From NCBI GenBank assembly GCA_945787445.1, contig CALZHT010000013.1, forward strand, positions 54,079 through 118,078: a DNA stretch of 64,000 nt, written 5' to 3'. Position 1 is the first letter of the stretch. Every line of letters starts with the position of its first letter. The position numbers and the translations under genes were made by a program. Source of the DNA: an uncultured Desulfobulbaceae bacterium (GTDB taxonomy: Bacteria > Desulfobacterota > Desulfobulbia > Desulfobulbales > CALZHT01). The notes below the pieces were generated by a model. The model worked only from the letters and a program-made list of their open reading frames with translations, did no database searches and was not told where the DNA came from. Of this stretch, positions 54,507 through 64,000 are shown one piece after another.

Positions 54507-54999
54507 GTCTACAATACAATTTAACCTTACCATTTCGGCAGCTCCTCCATCCTGAAGTTCAGAACAGGTTGCTTTGCGTCATCCGGTTACCCGGATTTTG
54601 CCTTTTCGATGGTGTCGCATTTTGCTTGAAATGAATACCCAGCAAATAATTCTTAAAATTTTAGCAGGTTTCATGTCTACAGAAAAGAAAAAAATAGATA
54701 AATTATATACCTTGTAAATGTTATGGAAAAAAATGAACAAGAGCCTTGGAATGGATTGTAATAATGGCGGAAAGAATACGAGTGTGTTTTTTTTACCACA
54801 ATTTGTAGCGCAGAATATGCGTAATTTGCATTTGCAGCACAACTTTCTAAGCACTTGAATTTTCAAAGTATTTTTTATGCTTAAAGACAAAATAACCTTC
54901 TTGGAAGAAGGTGGCCCAGTTTTTGCTTACTAAGATAAAATCATTGTTGTGTCAGTTTGTCTACAATCAATCATTAGTGCCGTAAAAGGTTTATACGAT

Positions 55000-55971
55000 A
55001 TGGATTTATTTCAGCATACCTTAAAGAAGAAAGTAAGCTTCAGCGGGATTGGACTCCATTCCGGAAGACAGGTCAGCATGACGCTCCGACCTGCTGCGGT
55101 CAACTCAGGTATCGGTTTTGTCAGGAAGGATCTTTCAGAAGATGTTTTTATTCCTGCTTTCATGAATCGAGTCGTTGACACTCAGCTTGCCACTACAATT
55201 GGCTTAAACGGCGTAACCATCGGCACCACGGAGCATGTACTTTCCGCTCTCGCCGGTATGGGAATTGATAATGCTGTAATTGAGCTGGATGGTCCGGAAG
55301 TGCCGGTAATGGATGGCAGCGCTGGACCGTTTGTGTATCTTCTGAACCGCATCGGCCGCCGCCGCCAGAAGAGCTGCAGGCAGATGTTGAAGATCACCCG
55401 TGAGATTGCTTACAGTAATGGTGAGAAAAACATAAAGGTTGTTCCATACGACGGTTTTAAAGTCACCTGCGAGATTTCTTTTGACCACGATATTATAAAA
55501 AAACAAGTATACACTTTTACATACAGCTCAGAGAAATTCATACAAGAGATTGCCAAAGCCAGGACTTTTGGTTTTCTTGGCCAGGTTGAAAAGCTTCGGG
55601 AAAACGGCCTTGCACTTGGCGGATCCCTTGATAATGCCGTGGTTATTGATCAGTATGGCGTGCTGAATTCTGAGGGGCTTCGTTTTGCCGATGAGTTTGT
55701 GCGCCATAAGATTTTAGACTTGATTGGCGATTTCGCCCTTCTTGGTTGTCCGATCATGGGCCATATTATCGCTTCAAAATCCGGACATGGCCAACACTTG
55801 GGATTGATGAGAGAGATTGCCCTACATCCTGAATCCTGGGAGTTTGTCAAACTTGAGAAGCAGGAAGACCGTATCCTGGAAAAAGTTATTACAACGACAA
55901 TGGCAGCCGGCAATAAAATCCTGCCGTTCTTCCTGCCACCTCCAGCAACCGGAGAGGTTTGCGCCGTATAG
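55000..55971 (+). CDS. lpxC: UDP-3-O-acyl-N-acetylglucosamine deacetylase
   Basis: MDLFQHTLKKKVSFSGIGLHSGR, TTEHVLSAL.G.GIDN, RHKILDLIGD, GHGQH. Confidence 0.93.
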   Translation: MDLFQHTLKKKVSFSGIGLHSGRQVSMTLRPAAVNSGIGFVRKDLSEDVFIPAFMNRVVDTQLATTIGLNGVTIGTTEHVLSALAGMGIDNAVIELDGPEVPVMDGSAGPFVYLLNRIGRRRQKSCRQMLKITREIAYSNGEKNIKVVPYDGFKVTCEISFDHDIIKKQVYTFTYSSEKFIQEIAKARTFGFLGQVEKLRENGLALGGSLDNAVVIDQYGVLNSEGLRFADEFVRHKILDLIGDFALLGCPIMGHIIASKSGHGQHLGLMREIALHPESWEFVKLEKQEDRILEKVITTTMAAGNKILPFFLPPPATGEVCAV

Positions 55972-55997
55972 ATCATTTTCGGCCTGATGATTTAAAA

Positions 55998-56028
55998 ACC
56001 CGCAGCAATTTTTGCTGCGGGTTTTTTT
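55998..56028 (+). terminator. intrinsic terminator of lpxC
   Basis: ACCCGCAGCAA-TTT-TTGCTGCGGGT followed by T7. Confidence 0.9.
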
Positions 56029-56154
56029 GTGGTAAAAAAGGTGTGATAATATGAAGTCATCTTGTATTTCACTTCCGTTGACAGGGAAGTGAAAAAATGT
56101 TTACAGATAAAATTATCTGGAATAAGAATTTCCTTTCAAAATGGAGGAAGGATA

Positions 56155-56997
56155 ATGGCTGTGGATGAAAAAATTTGTTTCATAGGCGGCGGTCGCATGG
56201 CGGAAGCGCTCATCAAAGGAATTATCCAGGCCGGTATTATCCCGGCAAATCATATCTCGGTTGTGGACCCGGATCCTGCCCGTCGTCATGTTTTGGCAGA
56301 TTTATTTAACGTCTCCGCCCTGGAAGATGCCGATACAGTGTGGGAAGAATGCAAAATAATTATACTTGCCGTAAAACCGCAGATTATTCCCGAAGTTTTG
56401 GAGGATTATCGGAACCAGGTCAACAAGTCACATTTAATTATTTCCATCGCAGCAGGAGTTCCCCTTGCTGTACTGGAAGGAAAGTTGGCAGGTAGTGGCG
56501 CGCGAATCATCCGGGTGATGCCCAACACGCCGGCCATTGTTTTAGAGGGCGCTTCAGCCCTGAGCCCGAGCGCAAGGGCCACTGATGAAGATGTGGAGTT
56601 GGCCAAAATGATTTTTGACGCAGTTGGCAAATGTGTTGTGTTAAATGAGAATAATCTCGATGCCGTGACCGGGTTGAGCGGCAGCGGACCAGCCTATGTT
56701 TTTTCTTTTATTGAGGCTCTGGTTGACGCCGGCATTAAGGAAGGACTCACAAAGCCGGTTGCAGAAACCCTTGTTCTGCAGACAATTGTCGGATCTGTAA
56801 AATTGGCAATGGAAAGTGGTGAACATCCGGCCCAATTGCGAGCCATGGTTACTTCCCCGGGTGGAACCACCATTGCCGGCCTGCATGAATTGGAAAGAGC
56901 CGGTTTTCAAGGTATTGTTATGGATGCGGTGGGAAAGGCCACAGAACGATCCAGGGAACTGGGCAGTATGAGCCTTTCCAGAAAAATTATTGATTGA
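56155..56997 (+). CDS. proC: pyrroline-5-carboxylate reductase
   Basis: ICFIGGGRMAEALIKG, VKPQ, and the C-terminal SPGGTTIAGL motif. RBS GGAGGAAGG precedes ATG 56155. Confidence 0.92.
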   Translation: MAVDEKICFIGGGRMAEALIKGIIQAGIIPANHISVVDPDPARRHVLADLFNVSALEDADTVWEECKIIILAVKPQIIPEVLEDYRNQVNKSHLIISIAAGVPLAVLEGKLAGSGARIIRVMPNTPAIVLEGASALSPSARATDEDVELAKMIFDAVGKCVVLNENNLDAVTGLSGSGPAYVFSFIEALVDAGIKEGLTKPVAETLVLQTIVGSVKLAMESGEHPAQLRAMVTSPGGTTIAGLHELERAGFQGIVMDAVGKATERSRELGSMSLSRKIID

Positions 56998-57016
56998 ACT
57001 TGGACATACGATATCA

Positions 57017-57871
57017 ATGGCAAGCAAGAAAGTCGGAATAATTCTCAAGAAAGGTTCTTTAGAACCCCAGGTAATCGGAGAGGAGCTTACACGGTGGTTT
57101 GCCGAAAAAGAGGTTGAAGCGGTTATTGACTGCATAACCCCTGATATGGATTTTCTCGTCATCCTGGGAGGGGATGGCACTTTGCTTCATGTTGCTGACC
57201 AGGCCAGTCAGTATCACATACCTGTTGTTGGGGTTAACCTTGGCGGATTGGGTTTTTTAACTGAAGTCTCGGTTGAAGAGCGTTTCAAAGTGCTTGAGGC
57301 TATTCTTGAAGGATCTGTAATAGTTGAGAACCGGATGATTATCAGGTCCAGATTGCAGCGCCAAGGCCAGCCCGGAGATTGGCAGTATGCCCTAAATGAT
57401 GTTGTAGTCAGCAAAGGCAATATTGACAGGCTGGTTCAATTGAGCACCTGGGCTGATCAGGAATATATCACGACATACAGAGCCGATGGATTGATAATCT
57501 CTACGCCTACAGGCTCTACCGCGTATAATCTTTCTGCCGGTGGTCCCATTGTCTACCCCGGCCTAGCTTCGATTCTGGTAACTCCAATCTGCCCATTCAT
57601 GCTGGAAAGCAGGCCGGTTCTTTTGCCTGCTTCGGTGAGGCTCTCCACTCGCTTAACCAAAGCAGCTGATGATGTTAAGGTTATTGTTGACGGGCGCCTT
57701 GCTTGGGACATGGGTAAAGACGATCTTCTTGAAGTTGAGGCTGCAGATAAGCCCTTGCGGCTGATTACCTCTCCCCAAAAAGGGTATTTTGAAATTCTGC
57801 GGGGCAAATTGAACTGGGGCGGAGGTGCAGGATGTCCGCCACTTGAGGATTATCAGAAAGAAGATCTCTAA
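57017..57871 (+). CDS. nadK: NAD kinase
   Basis: LGGDGTLL, GVNLGGLGFLT, DGLIISTPTGSTAYNLSAGGPI. Confidence 0.92.
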   Translation: MASKKVGIILKKGSLEPQVIGEELTRWFAEKEVEAVIDCITPDMDFLVILGGDGTLLHVADQASQYHIPVVGVNLGGLGFLTEVSVEERFKVLEAILEGSVIVENRMIIRSRLQRQGQPGDWQYALNDVVVSKGNIDRLVQLSTWADQEYITTYRADGLIISTPTGSTAYNLSAGGPIVYPGLASILVTPICPFMLESRPVLLPASVRLSTRLTKAADDVKVIVDGRLAWDMGKDDLLEVEAADKPLRLITSPQKGYFEILRGKLNWGGGAGCPPLEDYQKEDL

Positions 57872-57942
57872 TTCGGTCTCTCAACTTTTTTAAAATTGCA
57901 GCAAAAAAAGAATTCATGCGCCTTAAGTACAGAGGATGACGG

Positions 57943-58332
57943 TTACTCCTCCGCACCAAGGGATTTTGCGATAGATTCCCGTTCCTGCTTCATGGCCTCT
58001 TTGCCCGCCTCAATTGCTTCATTCAAGGCCGATTTCTTTTCGTCCAGGATGTCTTTCCCCTGGCTCACAATTTCAGTGCCCTTTTGAATAAGTTCTTTGC
58101 CTTTGTTAATCATCTCCCTTCCCTGCTGGACAGCGGGGTGGATGCTTTCATTAAAATCTTCAGGGAATTCGGTTAATTTTTCTTTTACTTCAGCGCCGAT
58201 CTCTGAGATTTTTTCTCTGGTTTCTTTACCGGAGCGGGGCGCGAAAAGCAAGGCGGCCGATGCACCAACTAAGGTTCCGGCAAGAAATGATAGTATGGCA
58301 GCTCCTGGCCCGCAGCATTCATGGTCACTCAT
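57943..58332 (-). CDS. YtxH domain protein
   Basis: N-terminal hydrophobic segment plus FAPRSGKETREKI and a long helical Lys/Glu-rich tail. Confidence 0.75.
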   Translation of the reverse strand: MSDHECCGPGAAILSFLAGTLVGASAALLFAPRSGKETREKISEIGAEVKEKLTEFPEDFNESIHPAVQQGREMINKGKELIQKGTEIVSQGKDILDEKKSALNEAIEAGKEAMKQERESIAKSLGAEE

Positions 58333-58365
58333 GATTGTCCTCCGTATGAAATTTCTATGTTTTTG

Positions 58366-58455
58366 AAAAATCGTAAAAATAAGATTTTATCGATATCTTA
58401 TGCTGTAACTAGTTGAAATTACATGGCGCGTTAACCGCTTTTCCGGCTTTTTACG
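58366..58455 (-). repeat. family F element, short form (shell only), copy F3
   Basis: Reverse complement CGTAAAAAGCCGGAAAAGCGGTTAACGCGCCATGTAATTTCAACTAGTT...ATCGATAAAATCTTATTTTTACGATTTTT. It lies between the DUF948-like and ytxH genes. Confidence 0.85.
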
Positions 58456-58461
58456 AGACCA

Positions 58462-58851
58462 TCATGTTTTGGTTTTGCCAGATTTGGTGAAAAAATGGGT
58501 AAAGGCTTTTACTCCAGCATAAAAACCGCCAACTTGGGTTGCAAGGGGTGTAACTGTATTTTTCAGAATATGAGTAGTAATGAGAAGAGTATCTGATGAT
58601 TGTTTTACCGTCTCGATTATCTGATCAGTTTTGTTCACTTTATCATTAAGTGAGGATGTCAGTTTTTGCAGTTCGATTGAAGTTTGCGAAAGCGATTTGA
58701 GAAGAGGCCCAATCTCTTGATTTATAGTATCGAAGAATGCTTCCGCCTTTCGGGCGCTGCGGCTTATCTGAAGAATGGCAGGAGCAAGAACCCCAACCAA
58801 AACAGCAAGGCTGATTATGACGATAACCAGAAAAAAATCAAAAAGCGTCAC
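58462..58851 (-). CDS. DUF948-like membrane-anchored coiled-coil protein
   Basis: N-terminal TM (FFLVIVIISLAVLVGVLAPAIL), then a helical region. Start tentatively GTG 58851 behind AAGGTG; the track start is TTG 58905. Confidence 0.6.
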   Translation of the reverse strand: MTLFDFFLVIVIISLAVLVGVLAPAILQISRSARKAEAFFDTINQEIGPLLKSLSQTSIELQKLTSSLNDKVNKTDQIIETVKQSSDTLLITTHILKNTVTPLATQVGGFYAGVKAFTHFFTKSGKTKT

Positions 58852-58929
58852 TAGATTCACCTTATTAAAGTATTTTGCATGGATATTGATAAGAAACAAT
58901 AGCAAATAAGATTTTTTCAGGCAAGAAGA

Positions 58930-59793
58930 TCAAGTAATGTTTACTGTTCCCTGTTTCCTGATGCGGGCCTTGAGATCATGCATAAGTGAATACGGTACTT
59001 TGAATGATTTTGGCGGTATTCCTCTTTTTGAGTTCGCGTGAGATAAAAAATGGAAATCACTGCCACCTGTGATGAAGAGGTCCATTTTGCGCCCAATTTC
59101 TAATAATTTTGTTATTATTCCTTGGGAATGGTTGGGGTAATATGCTTCTAATCCAGTAAGGCCCATATCCATCAGTTCCTGGATAAAAGTTTCCAGTTTC
59201 GAGAAAGCAGGATCAATGCTGCCCGGGTGGGCGAGTACAGCCACTCCTCCTGCCCTGGTAATCATATCTATCGCTATTTTTGCAGAAGGTTTGGGCCATT
59301 CTGCAAAGGCTCGGCCGCCGTCTTTCAGGTATCTTTGGAAGGCCTGGTCAAAGGTTTTTACTGCCCCGCATTCTACCAACAGTCTGGCGAAATGGGGGCG
59401 GCCGATCTGGCCTTGCCCCTGTTTGGCAAGTCGTTCAGGAGAAACAGATATTCCAAGATTGCTTAATTTTGCAATGATGTTCAGATTTCTTTTTCTTCTC
59501 CCTTCTTGAAAGGTCTTCAGGAGGTTATTCATTTCCGGATTATTATTAGAAAGGCCATAGCCAAGAATGTGAAAGGTGATGCCGTTATGCACCGTGCTGA
59601 GTTCTATGCCGGGAATTACTTCAATATTATTGCGCTTCCCTTGTCCCATGGCCTCCTCAACTCCTGCCATGGTGTCGTGGTCGGTAAGCGAAATTGCAGC
59701 AAGGCCTTTCTTTTTTGCCAGGAGAACCACTTCCGTAGGGGTCAGTTCACCATCTGAATAGGTGGAGTGGATATGGAGGTCAATGTATCGCAT
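58930..59793 (-). CDS. PHP-domain phosphoesterase (TrpH/YciV-like)
   Basis: MRYIDLHIHSTYSDG...SLTDHDT...AHPG, the PHP motifs. Confidence 0.85.
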   Translation of the reverse strand: MRYIDLHIHSTYSDGELTPTEVVLLAKKKGLAAISLTDHDTMAGVEEAMGQGKRNNIEVIPGIELSTVHNGITFHILGYGLSNNNPEMNNLLKTFQEGRRKRNLNIIAKLSNLGISVSPERLAKQGQGQIGRPHFARLLVECGAVKTFDQAFQRYLKDGGRAFAEWPKPSAKIAIDMITRAGGVAVLAHPGSIDPAFSKLETFIQELMDMGLTGLEAYYPNHSQGIITKLLEIGRKMDLFITGGSDFHFLSHANSKRGIPPKSFKVPYSLMHDLKARIRKQGTVNIT

Positions 59794-59972
59794 GAATTTT
59801 TACCGAAGCCATTGATAAACATTACAATTTTCCATCATGCTGCTGCAACGCTCAAATAAAAAAAAGATTAATGCAGCGGCTGCTCTTGTGGATTTTGCTA
59901 TGAATTGCACCTTGATTTGTAGTATATTTTTAAATGGTTATAGTGAGATTGCATTATACAATATTGACGATA

Positions 59973-60069
59973 CGGCAAAAAGTCGGGAAAGCGGCTAACG
60001 TGCCATGTAATTCAACTTTTTTCAACGTTATACATCGATAAAATCGTATTTTTTACGATTTCATCAATA
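59973..60069 (+). repeat. family F element, short form, copy F4
   Basis: CGGCAAAAAGTCGGGAAAGCGGCTAACGTGCCATGTAATTCAACT...ATCGATAAAATCGTATTTTTTACGATTTCATCAATA. It lacks the ~100-nt core. Confidence 0.88.
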
Positions 60070-60111
60070 TTTATTTTTTGGAGTTAGTTCAAACCATAAC
60101 CAGGAGGCTTT

Positions 60112-61194
60112 ATGGCTCAAATTGATGCCTTTTTTAAACTCATGAACGATCAAGGTGCTTCGGATCTGCATATGGTTGCCGGTCAACAACCTGTTTTACG
60201 GATTCGTGGAGAGATGGAGAGGGTTAAGTACCAGACCCTTGAAGACACCAACCTGAAAGAAATGTTATATGAGATCGTTTCTGAGGATCGGATAAAGACT
60301 TTTGAGGAAACAGGTGATGTTGATTTCGGGTATGAAATTCCCGGACTGGCCAGATACCGTGGGAATCTTTTTAGGCAAAAAAACGGTATTGGTGCGGTTT
60401 TTCGGGAAATTCCAAGTAATATTCTCGGAGTTGAGCAGTTGGGTTTGCCAAAGGTGATCCATAGGCTTTCCGAGCTGAAAAAAGGACTGGTATTGGTTAC
60501 CGGCCCGACAGGGAGCGGCAAGTCCACCACCCTCGCCGCCATTGTGGATGAGGTTAATGCCAACCGTAAAGACCATATACTTACCATTGAAGATCCCATA
60601 GAGTTTGTGCATCAGAGTAAAAGCTGTATAGTCAATCATCGTGAAGTCGGAGCCCATACCAACAGTTTTTCCGCGGCCTTGCGCGGGGCCTTGCGTGAAG
60701 ACCCCGACGTTATTCTGGTCGGTGAAATGCGTGACCTTGAAACCATTGCCCTGGCAATGGAGGCAGCCATGACCGGCCATTTGGTCTTTGGCACGTTGCA
60801 TACTCTGAACGCCTCAAAAACAGTGGACCGCGTTATTGAGATTTTCCCTGCCAGCCAGCAGGCGCAAGTCCGTTCAACATTGGCGGATGCTCTGAAAGCA
60901 GTGGTGTCGCAGACGTTGTTTAAGAGAGTAGATATCAAAGGCCGCTGCGCAGCGATGGAAATTCTTCTTTGCACCCCGGCGGTTCGTAACCTTATTCGTG
61001 AAGGCAAGACCTACCAGATTACATCCGCAATGCAGACTGGAAAGAAATTCGGCATGCAGACCATGGATGACGGTATTCTGGAAATATTGGAAAAGGGGTG
61101 GATTTCACCCACAGATGCATATCTCAATGCAATTGAGAAAAATAATTTCGTTAAATTTCTCAAAAAACCACCTTCGGAATTTGAAGATTTCTAG
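60112..61194 (+). CDS. pilT: type IV pilus retraction ATPase PilT
   Basis: ASDLH, GPTGSGKSTT, TIEDPIEF, ALREDPDVILVGEMRD, TGHLVFGTLHT. Confidence 0.92.
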   Translation: MAQIDAFFKLMNDQGASDLHMVAGQQPVLRIRGEMERVKYQTLEDTNLKEMLYEIVSEDRIKTFEETGDVDFGYEIPGLARYRGNLFRQKNGIGAVFREIPSNILGVEQLGLPKVIHRLSELKKGLVLVTGPTGSGKSTTLAAIVDEVNANRKDHILTIEDPIEFVHQSKSCIVNHREVGAHTNSFSAALRGALREDPDVILVGEMRDLETIALAMEAAMTGHLVFGTLHTLNASKTVDRVIEIFPASQQAQVRSTLADALKAVVSQTLFKRVDIKGRCAAMEILLCTPAVRNLIREGKTYQITSAMQTGKKFGMQTMDDGILEILEKGWISPTDAYLNAIEKNNFVKFLKKPPSEFEDF

Positions 61195-61318
61195 AAAACA
61201 CTCAGGCGCCTTTTTTATTTATATGAAAAAGAGAATACTTATCTTTAAAATACTGCCAGGTTTGATTGAGTTCTTTCCTAATTAATGTCCATCCGCAAAC
61301 GCTTCACCTTCCGGATGG

Positions 61319-63790
61319 TTACAGTAAGTTGTTTCCCATGCGGAAAGGTTTGGGGATTAACTCCTCCTCGCTTGTTTGAAAACTGACAGCGCCGTTTTCC
61401 GCGGTGGAATAGACCTGAACGCCACTAAGGGTCAAGTTCTCAATGAGTCCAGGAGCGGGAAATATTTTCGGCCGGTATGATCCTGCTGATATCACCACGT
61501 ATGCGGGAGAAATCGATTCAAGGAAAGAACCGCTGCTGGAAGTCCCGCTGCCATGGTGAGGCGCGAGAAGCACATCAGCACCAAGGGGTAATCCGGATGC
61601 TATCAGTTCTACCTCTGTCCTGCTGTCAATGTCGCCGGGCAAGAGAAACGAATACGGTCCGGCCTCAAGTTTCATGATGAGGCTCATGTTATTGGGATCT
61701 CTTCCCGATTCATTATACTTGCCGTTCAAGTGAAGACCGGCAAGAGCAACAAGGCGCGAATCTTCTGCTTCTGCTATTACTTCCCCTGCTTTTGGAACCT
61801 GTATTTGCGCGCCAATGCTTCCGGCAACATTGAGCAGCTTTTCATATTCCGGGTCATGGCAAGGAATTCCATTTGTCCACAGTCTCTGTGGCCTGAAACG
61901 GGAGAGTATGAACGAGAGACCGTTATAATGGTCCGAGTGTGGATGATTAATGATAACATCGCTGATATTTGTAATACGTCGTTTCCACAGAAAGGGAGCA
62001 ATTATCCTTTCACCAATATTAAAGTGAGGAGTTCTTGGTCCGCCCCCGTCTATGAGAATCGTTCTTCCTCCCGGGAGTTCAACTACGGAGGCATTGCCCT
62101 GTCCAACATCAAGAAATGTAATCACGGTGCTGTGATTAGTTCTTTTCGAGATGACTGTATAAACGGGGCTTAGGACAAGTCCTCCTAATACTGCCATGGC
62201 CAGGATAGGGGTGGTCCTGTTTCTGCTGCTCACCAAAACAACAACCAAAAGCATGTAAAAGGCAGCGATCTCAAAAACATTCGGTGTCGGCAGCCAGAAG
62301 GAGCCCAGGGGAATCTCCGCCAGAAATGCTGAGAGTTTATCTGAAATAACAATACCCAAAGAGCCGGCCTGGAGAATTTTCAGGGCTACAAAAGGGCTTA
62401 TGGGCAGAAACAAAAGACTTACTAGGCCTAGGATAAGGGTCCAGAAGCAAAGAAACGGGGTGATCAACAGGGTGGAAAATGGGCTGAGGATTGAGATCCG
62501 GTTAAAATGATAGAGCAGCAAAGGGAAGGTGCCGAGGCTAGCTGCAATTGACATGGCCATGCAGCTTGTGAGTAATGCTTTAGTTTTCTGAGAGATTTTC
62601 CCCTTTTGAATCGTATCTTCAGGCACTTTGATGAGGTTCTGGACTTTGGGATACATAAGACCGATGGATATCACCGCAGCAAATGAGAGCTGAAAAGAAA
62701 CGTGGAAGAGACTTGACGGTTTCCAGGCCAGGATAACCAGGGCCGCAAAGGCGATGTTGTTTATGATGGTCCACTGTCTGTTCGACAGTATTGCAAGAAT
62801 GAAAACCATGGTCATGAGCAGCGCCCTGACCACAGGAGTGTGGAATCCCGCAAGGAGAGCATAAGCCGTCAGCGGCAGTACGGCAAGTACTGCCGCAACT
62901 TTCCAGACCTGTAAATGATGGAGGAGCCAGATTGATCGTTTCATAAGCCAGGCCAAGGCCCCGGCAAAGAAAAAAGCGAGAAGCCCCATATGCATCCCTG
63001 AAATAGAGAGGAGATGTACCGCCCCGCTGGCCCGGAAATTTTCAAGCAGGGAAGGATCCAGGCCTGACTTGTCACCAGTCAATATGGCCCTGTATAGTCC
63101 AGCAGTTTTTGTATCCAGATTCTGGTCCAGAAATGAAATGATACGGTAACGGATTTTTTCAGTAAAATAGTGGAGCTTTCCAGGTGTGGTGTGGGCGGGA
63201 AGTTTCAATATTTTATGGATATGGCCTGAATCCCTTGCCCATCCGGTAATCCAGATATCCTTTTCCATCATAAAGGCTTTATAGTCGAACGTCCCGGGAT
63301 TGCTGAAGGACCTGACTCTGTCAACAGTGACTTTGGCCATGAATCGGTCGCCGGGCACCAGGTCAGGAGGAGGGGGCGCGGCAATGGTAAGCAGAATTTT
63401 GCCCTTGGCATCGCTTGTCCCTGTAGGGAGCACCAGTTTTTCAATATCCATGAGCAAACGGCTTTTGAGCTCGCCGATTTGCGGCGCTTCCGCCAGAAAG
63501 CCTATTACGGTTGCTTCCTGACGATGGCTGACAAGGTTATGGATATGGCGGGAATCCCTTGGTTCCTGCAGAGGTTCGGCCCGCAAGAAACCAATGAGGA
63601 AAAAGAAAGGGAGGATGAGAAGATAAGTAGTTCTATGGCTGAAAAATTTGTTCGCAAGGAGTATGGCTAGGCCAAGAGAAGCCACCAGCATCCAGCCTGA
63701 AAAGCATGGGGAGTTTGTTGATATGAATTCTCTCCCGGTTATTCCTGCAACAAATGCAATTGCTGCCCACAGAAAAATGTTCGTAACCAT
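61319..63790 (-). CDS. comEC: DNA internalization competence protein ComEC/Rec2
   Basis: Multi-TM competence domain (SGAVHLLSISGMHMG) plus a C-terminal metallo-beta-lactamase domain (INHPHSDH). Start moved to ATG 63790, because codons upstream lie in repeat G2. Confidence 0.85.
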   Translation of the reverse strand: MVTNIFLWAAIAFVAGITGREFISTNSPCFSGWMLVASLGLAILLANKFFSHRTTYLLILPFFFLIGFLRAEPLQEPRDSRHIHNLVSHRQEATVIGFLAEAPQIGELKSRLLMDIEKLVLPTGTSDAKGKILLTIAAPPPPDLVPGDRFMAKVTVDRVRSFSNPGTFDYKAFMMEKDIWITGWARDSGHIHKILKLPAHTTPGKLHYFTEKIRYRIISFLDQNLDTKTAGLYRAILTGDKSGLDPSLLENFRASGAVHLLSISGMHMGLLAFFFAGALAWLMKRSIWLLHHLQVWKVAAVLAVLPLTAYALLAGFHTPVVRALLMTMVFILAILSNRQWTIINNIAFAALVILAWKPSSLFHVSFQLSFAAVISIGLMYPKVQNLIKVPEDTIQKGKISQKTKALLTSCMAMSIAASLGTFPLLLYHFNRISILSPFSTLLITPFLCFWTLILGLVSLLFLPISPFVALKILQAGSLGIVISDKLSAFLAEIPLGSFWLPTPNVFEIAAFYMLLVVVLVSSRNRTTPILAMAVLGGLVLSPVYTVISKRTNHSTVITFLDVGQGNASVVELPGGRTILIDGGGPRTPHFNIGERIIAPFLWKRRITNISDVIINHPHSDHYNGLSFILSRFRPQRLWTNGIPCHDPEYEKLLNVAGSIGAQIQVPKAGEVIAEAEDSRLVALAGLHLNGKYNESGRDPNNMSLIMKLEAGPYSFLLPGDIDSRTEVELIASGLPLGADVLLAPHHGSGTSSSGSFLESISPAYVVISAGSYRPKIFPAPGLIENLTLSGVQVYSTAENGAVSFQTSEEELIPKPFRMGNNLL

Positions 63791-63794
63791 TTCA

Positions 63795-63945
63795 ACATAA
63801 GTCCGATGCATCCCATGATGCTTCGCCACTTGCTGCGGTGCCTGCCTATCACGCCGCATAGCGGGACTTAGCCGACTCCTCACTTGTTCTTTATGTTTTT
63901 AGGGTGCTCGCTGGGCTGGCCGCTTCGAACTTCAGAACTCCTGTC
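63795..63945 (+). repeat. family G element, copy G2
   Basis: ATAAGTCCGATGCATCCCATGATGCTTCGCCACTTGCTGCGGTGCCTGC, then CTCCTCACTTGTTC and GCTCGCTGGGCTGGCCGCTTCGAA modules shared with G1. Confidence 0.8.
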
Positions 63946-64000
63946 CTGAAAGGTAATTTCAAGGAATTGCAAAACGTCTTCAGATTTTGCAATGATACCT

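Noticed and set aside
54579-54890. 103-aa minus-strand ORF upstream of lpxC
   Set aside because: It is AT-rich and low-complexity (runs of F, K, I, L, C). It has no RBS and no recognisable family.
63794-63897. Inverted repeat AACATAA / TTATGTT around G2, as a counterpart to the 15-bp IR around G1
   Set aside because: It is only 7 bp, and the right copy lies between internal G modules rather than at the element end. It is probably coincidental.

Overview
64 kb chromosomal window from a Gram-negative bacterium. Lipid A genes lpxC/lpxK/waaA, TolC/RND efflux, PilT, ComEC and several sigma-54-type promoters suggest a Desulfobacterota-like organism; this rests on gene content only and nothing was computed. 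I support about 55 protein genes and 2 tRNAs (Arg-CCT, His-GTG); there is no rRNA, CRISPR array, transposase or integrase. Housekeeping genes: fbp, hup, csp, ybiT-like ABC-F, archaeal-type PEP carboxylase convergent with pckA, purM, mogA, an EF-G paralog, murJ, rsmE, waaA-lpxK, lpxC, proC, nadK, pilT, comEC. Three accessory modules sit among them. (1) A six-gene minus-strand metal-efflux operon (two TolC paralogs, CusB-like, CusA-like, P-II-like, His/Met-rich periplasmic protein). Its pump gene is broken by a roughly 25-codon deletion plus frameshift, and it is preceded by a good sigma-54 promoter and upstream palindromes. (2) A tightly packed four-gene envelope operon: transglutaminase-7TM, RimK-like ATP-grasp, 785-aa TPR protein, beta-barrel OMP. 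I rate this the best candidate for an uncharacterised system. (3) A 25-32.5 kb block with a sigma-54-driven pair of paralogous ~70-aa membrane proteins and a lipid-related trio (PEBP-like, PEMT/ICMT-like methyltransferase, Cti). The non-coding fraction is unusual: at least six intergenic repeat families, about 20 copies. These include long hairpins whose arms are short tandem repeats with variable unit number, one hairpin flipped relative to its flank, a nested shell-plus-core element, and two 12-unit purine-rich heptamer arrays. Three repeat copies supply the stop codon of an adjacent ORF. A small Lar-like zinc-ribbon ORF carries an in-frame TGA followed by a SECIS-like hairpin. Most of the overlapping antisense ORFs in the track are rejected as spurious.
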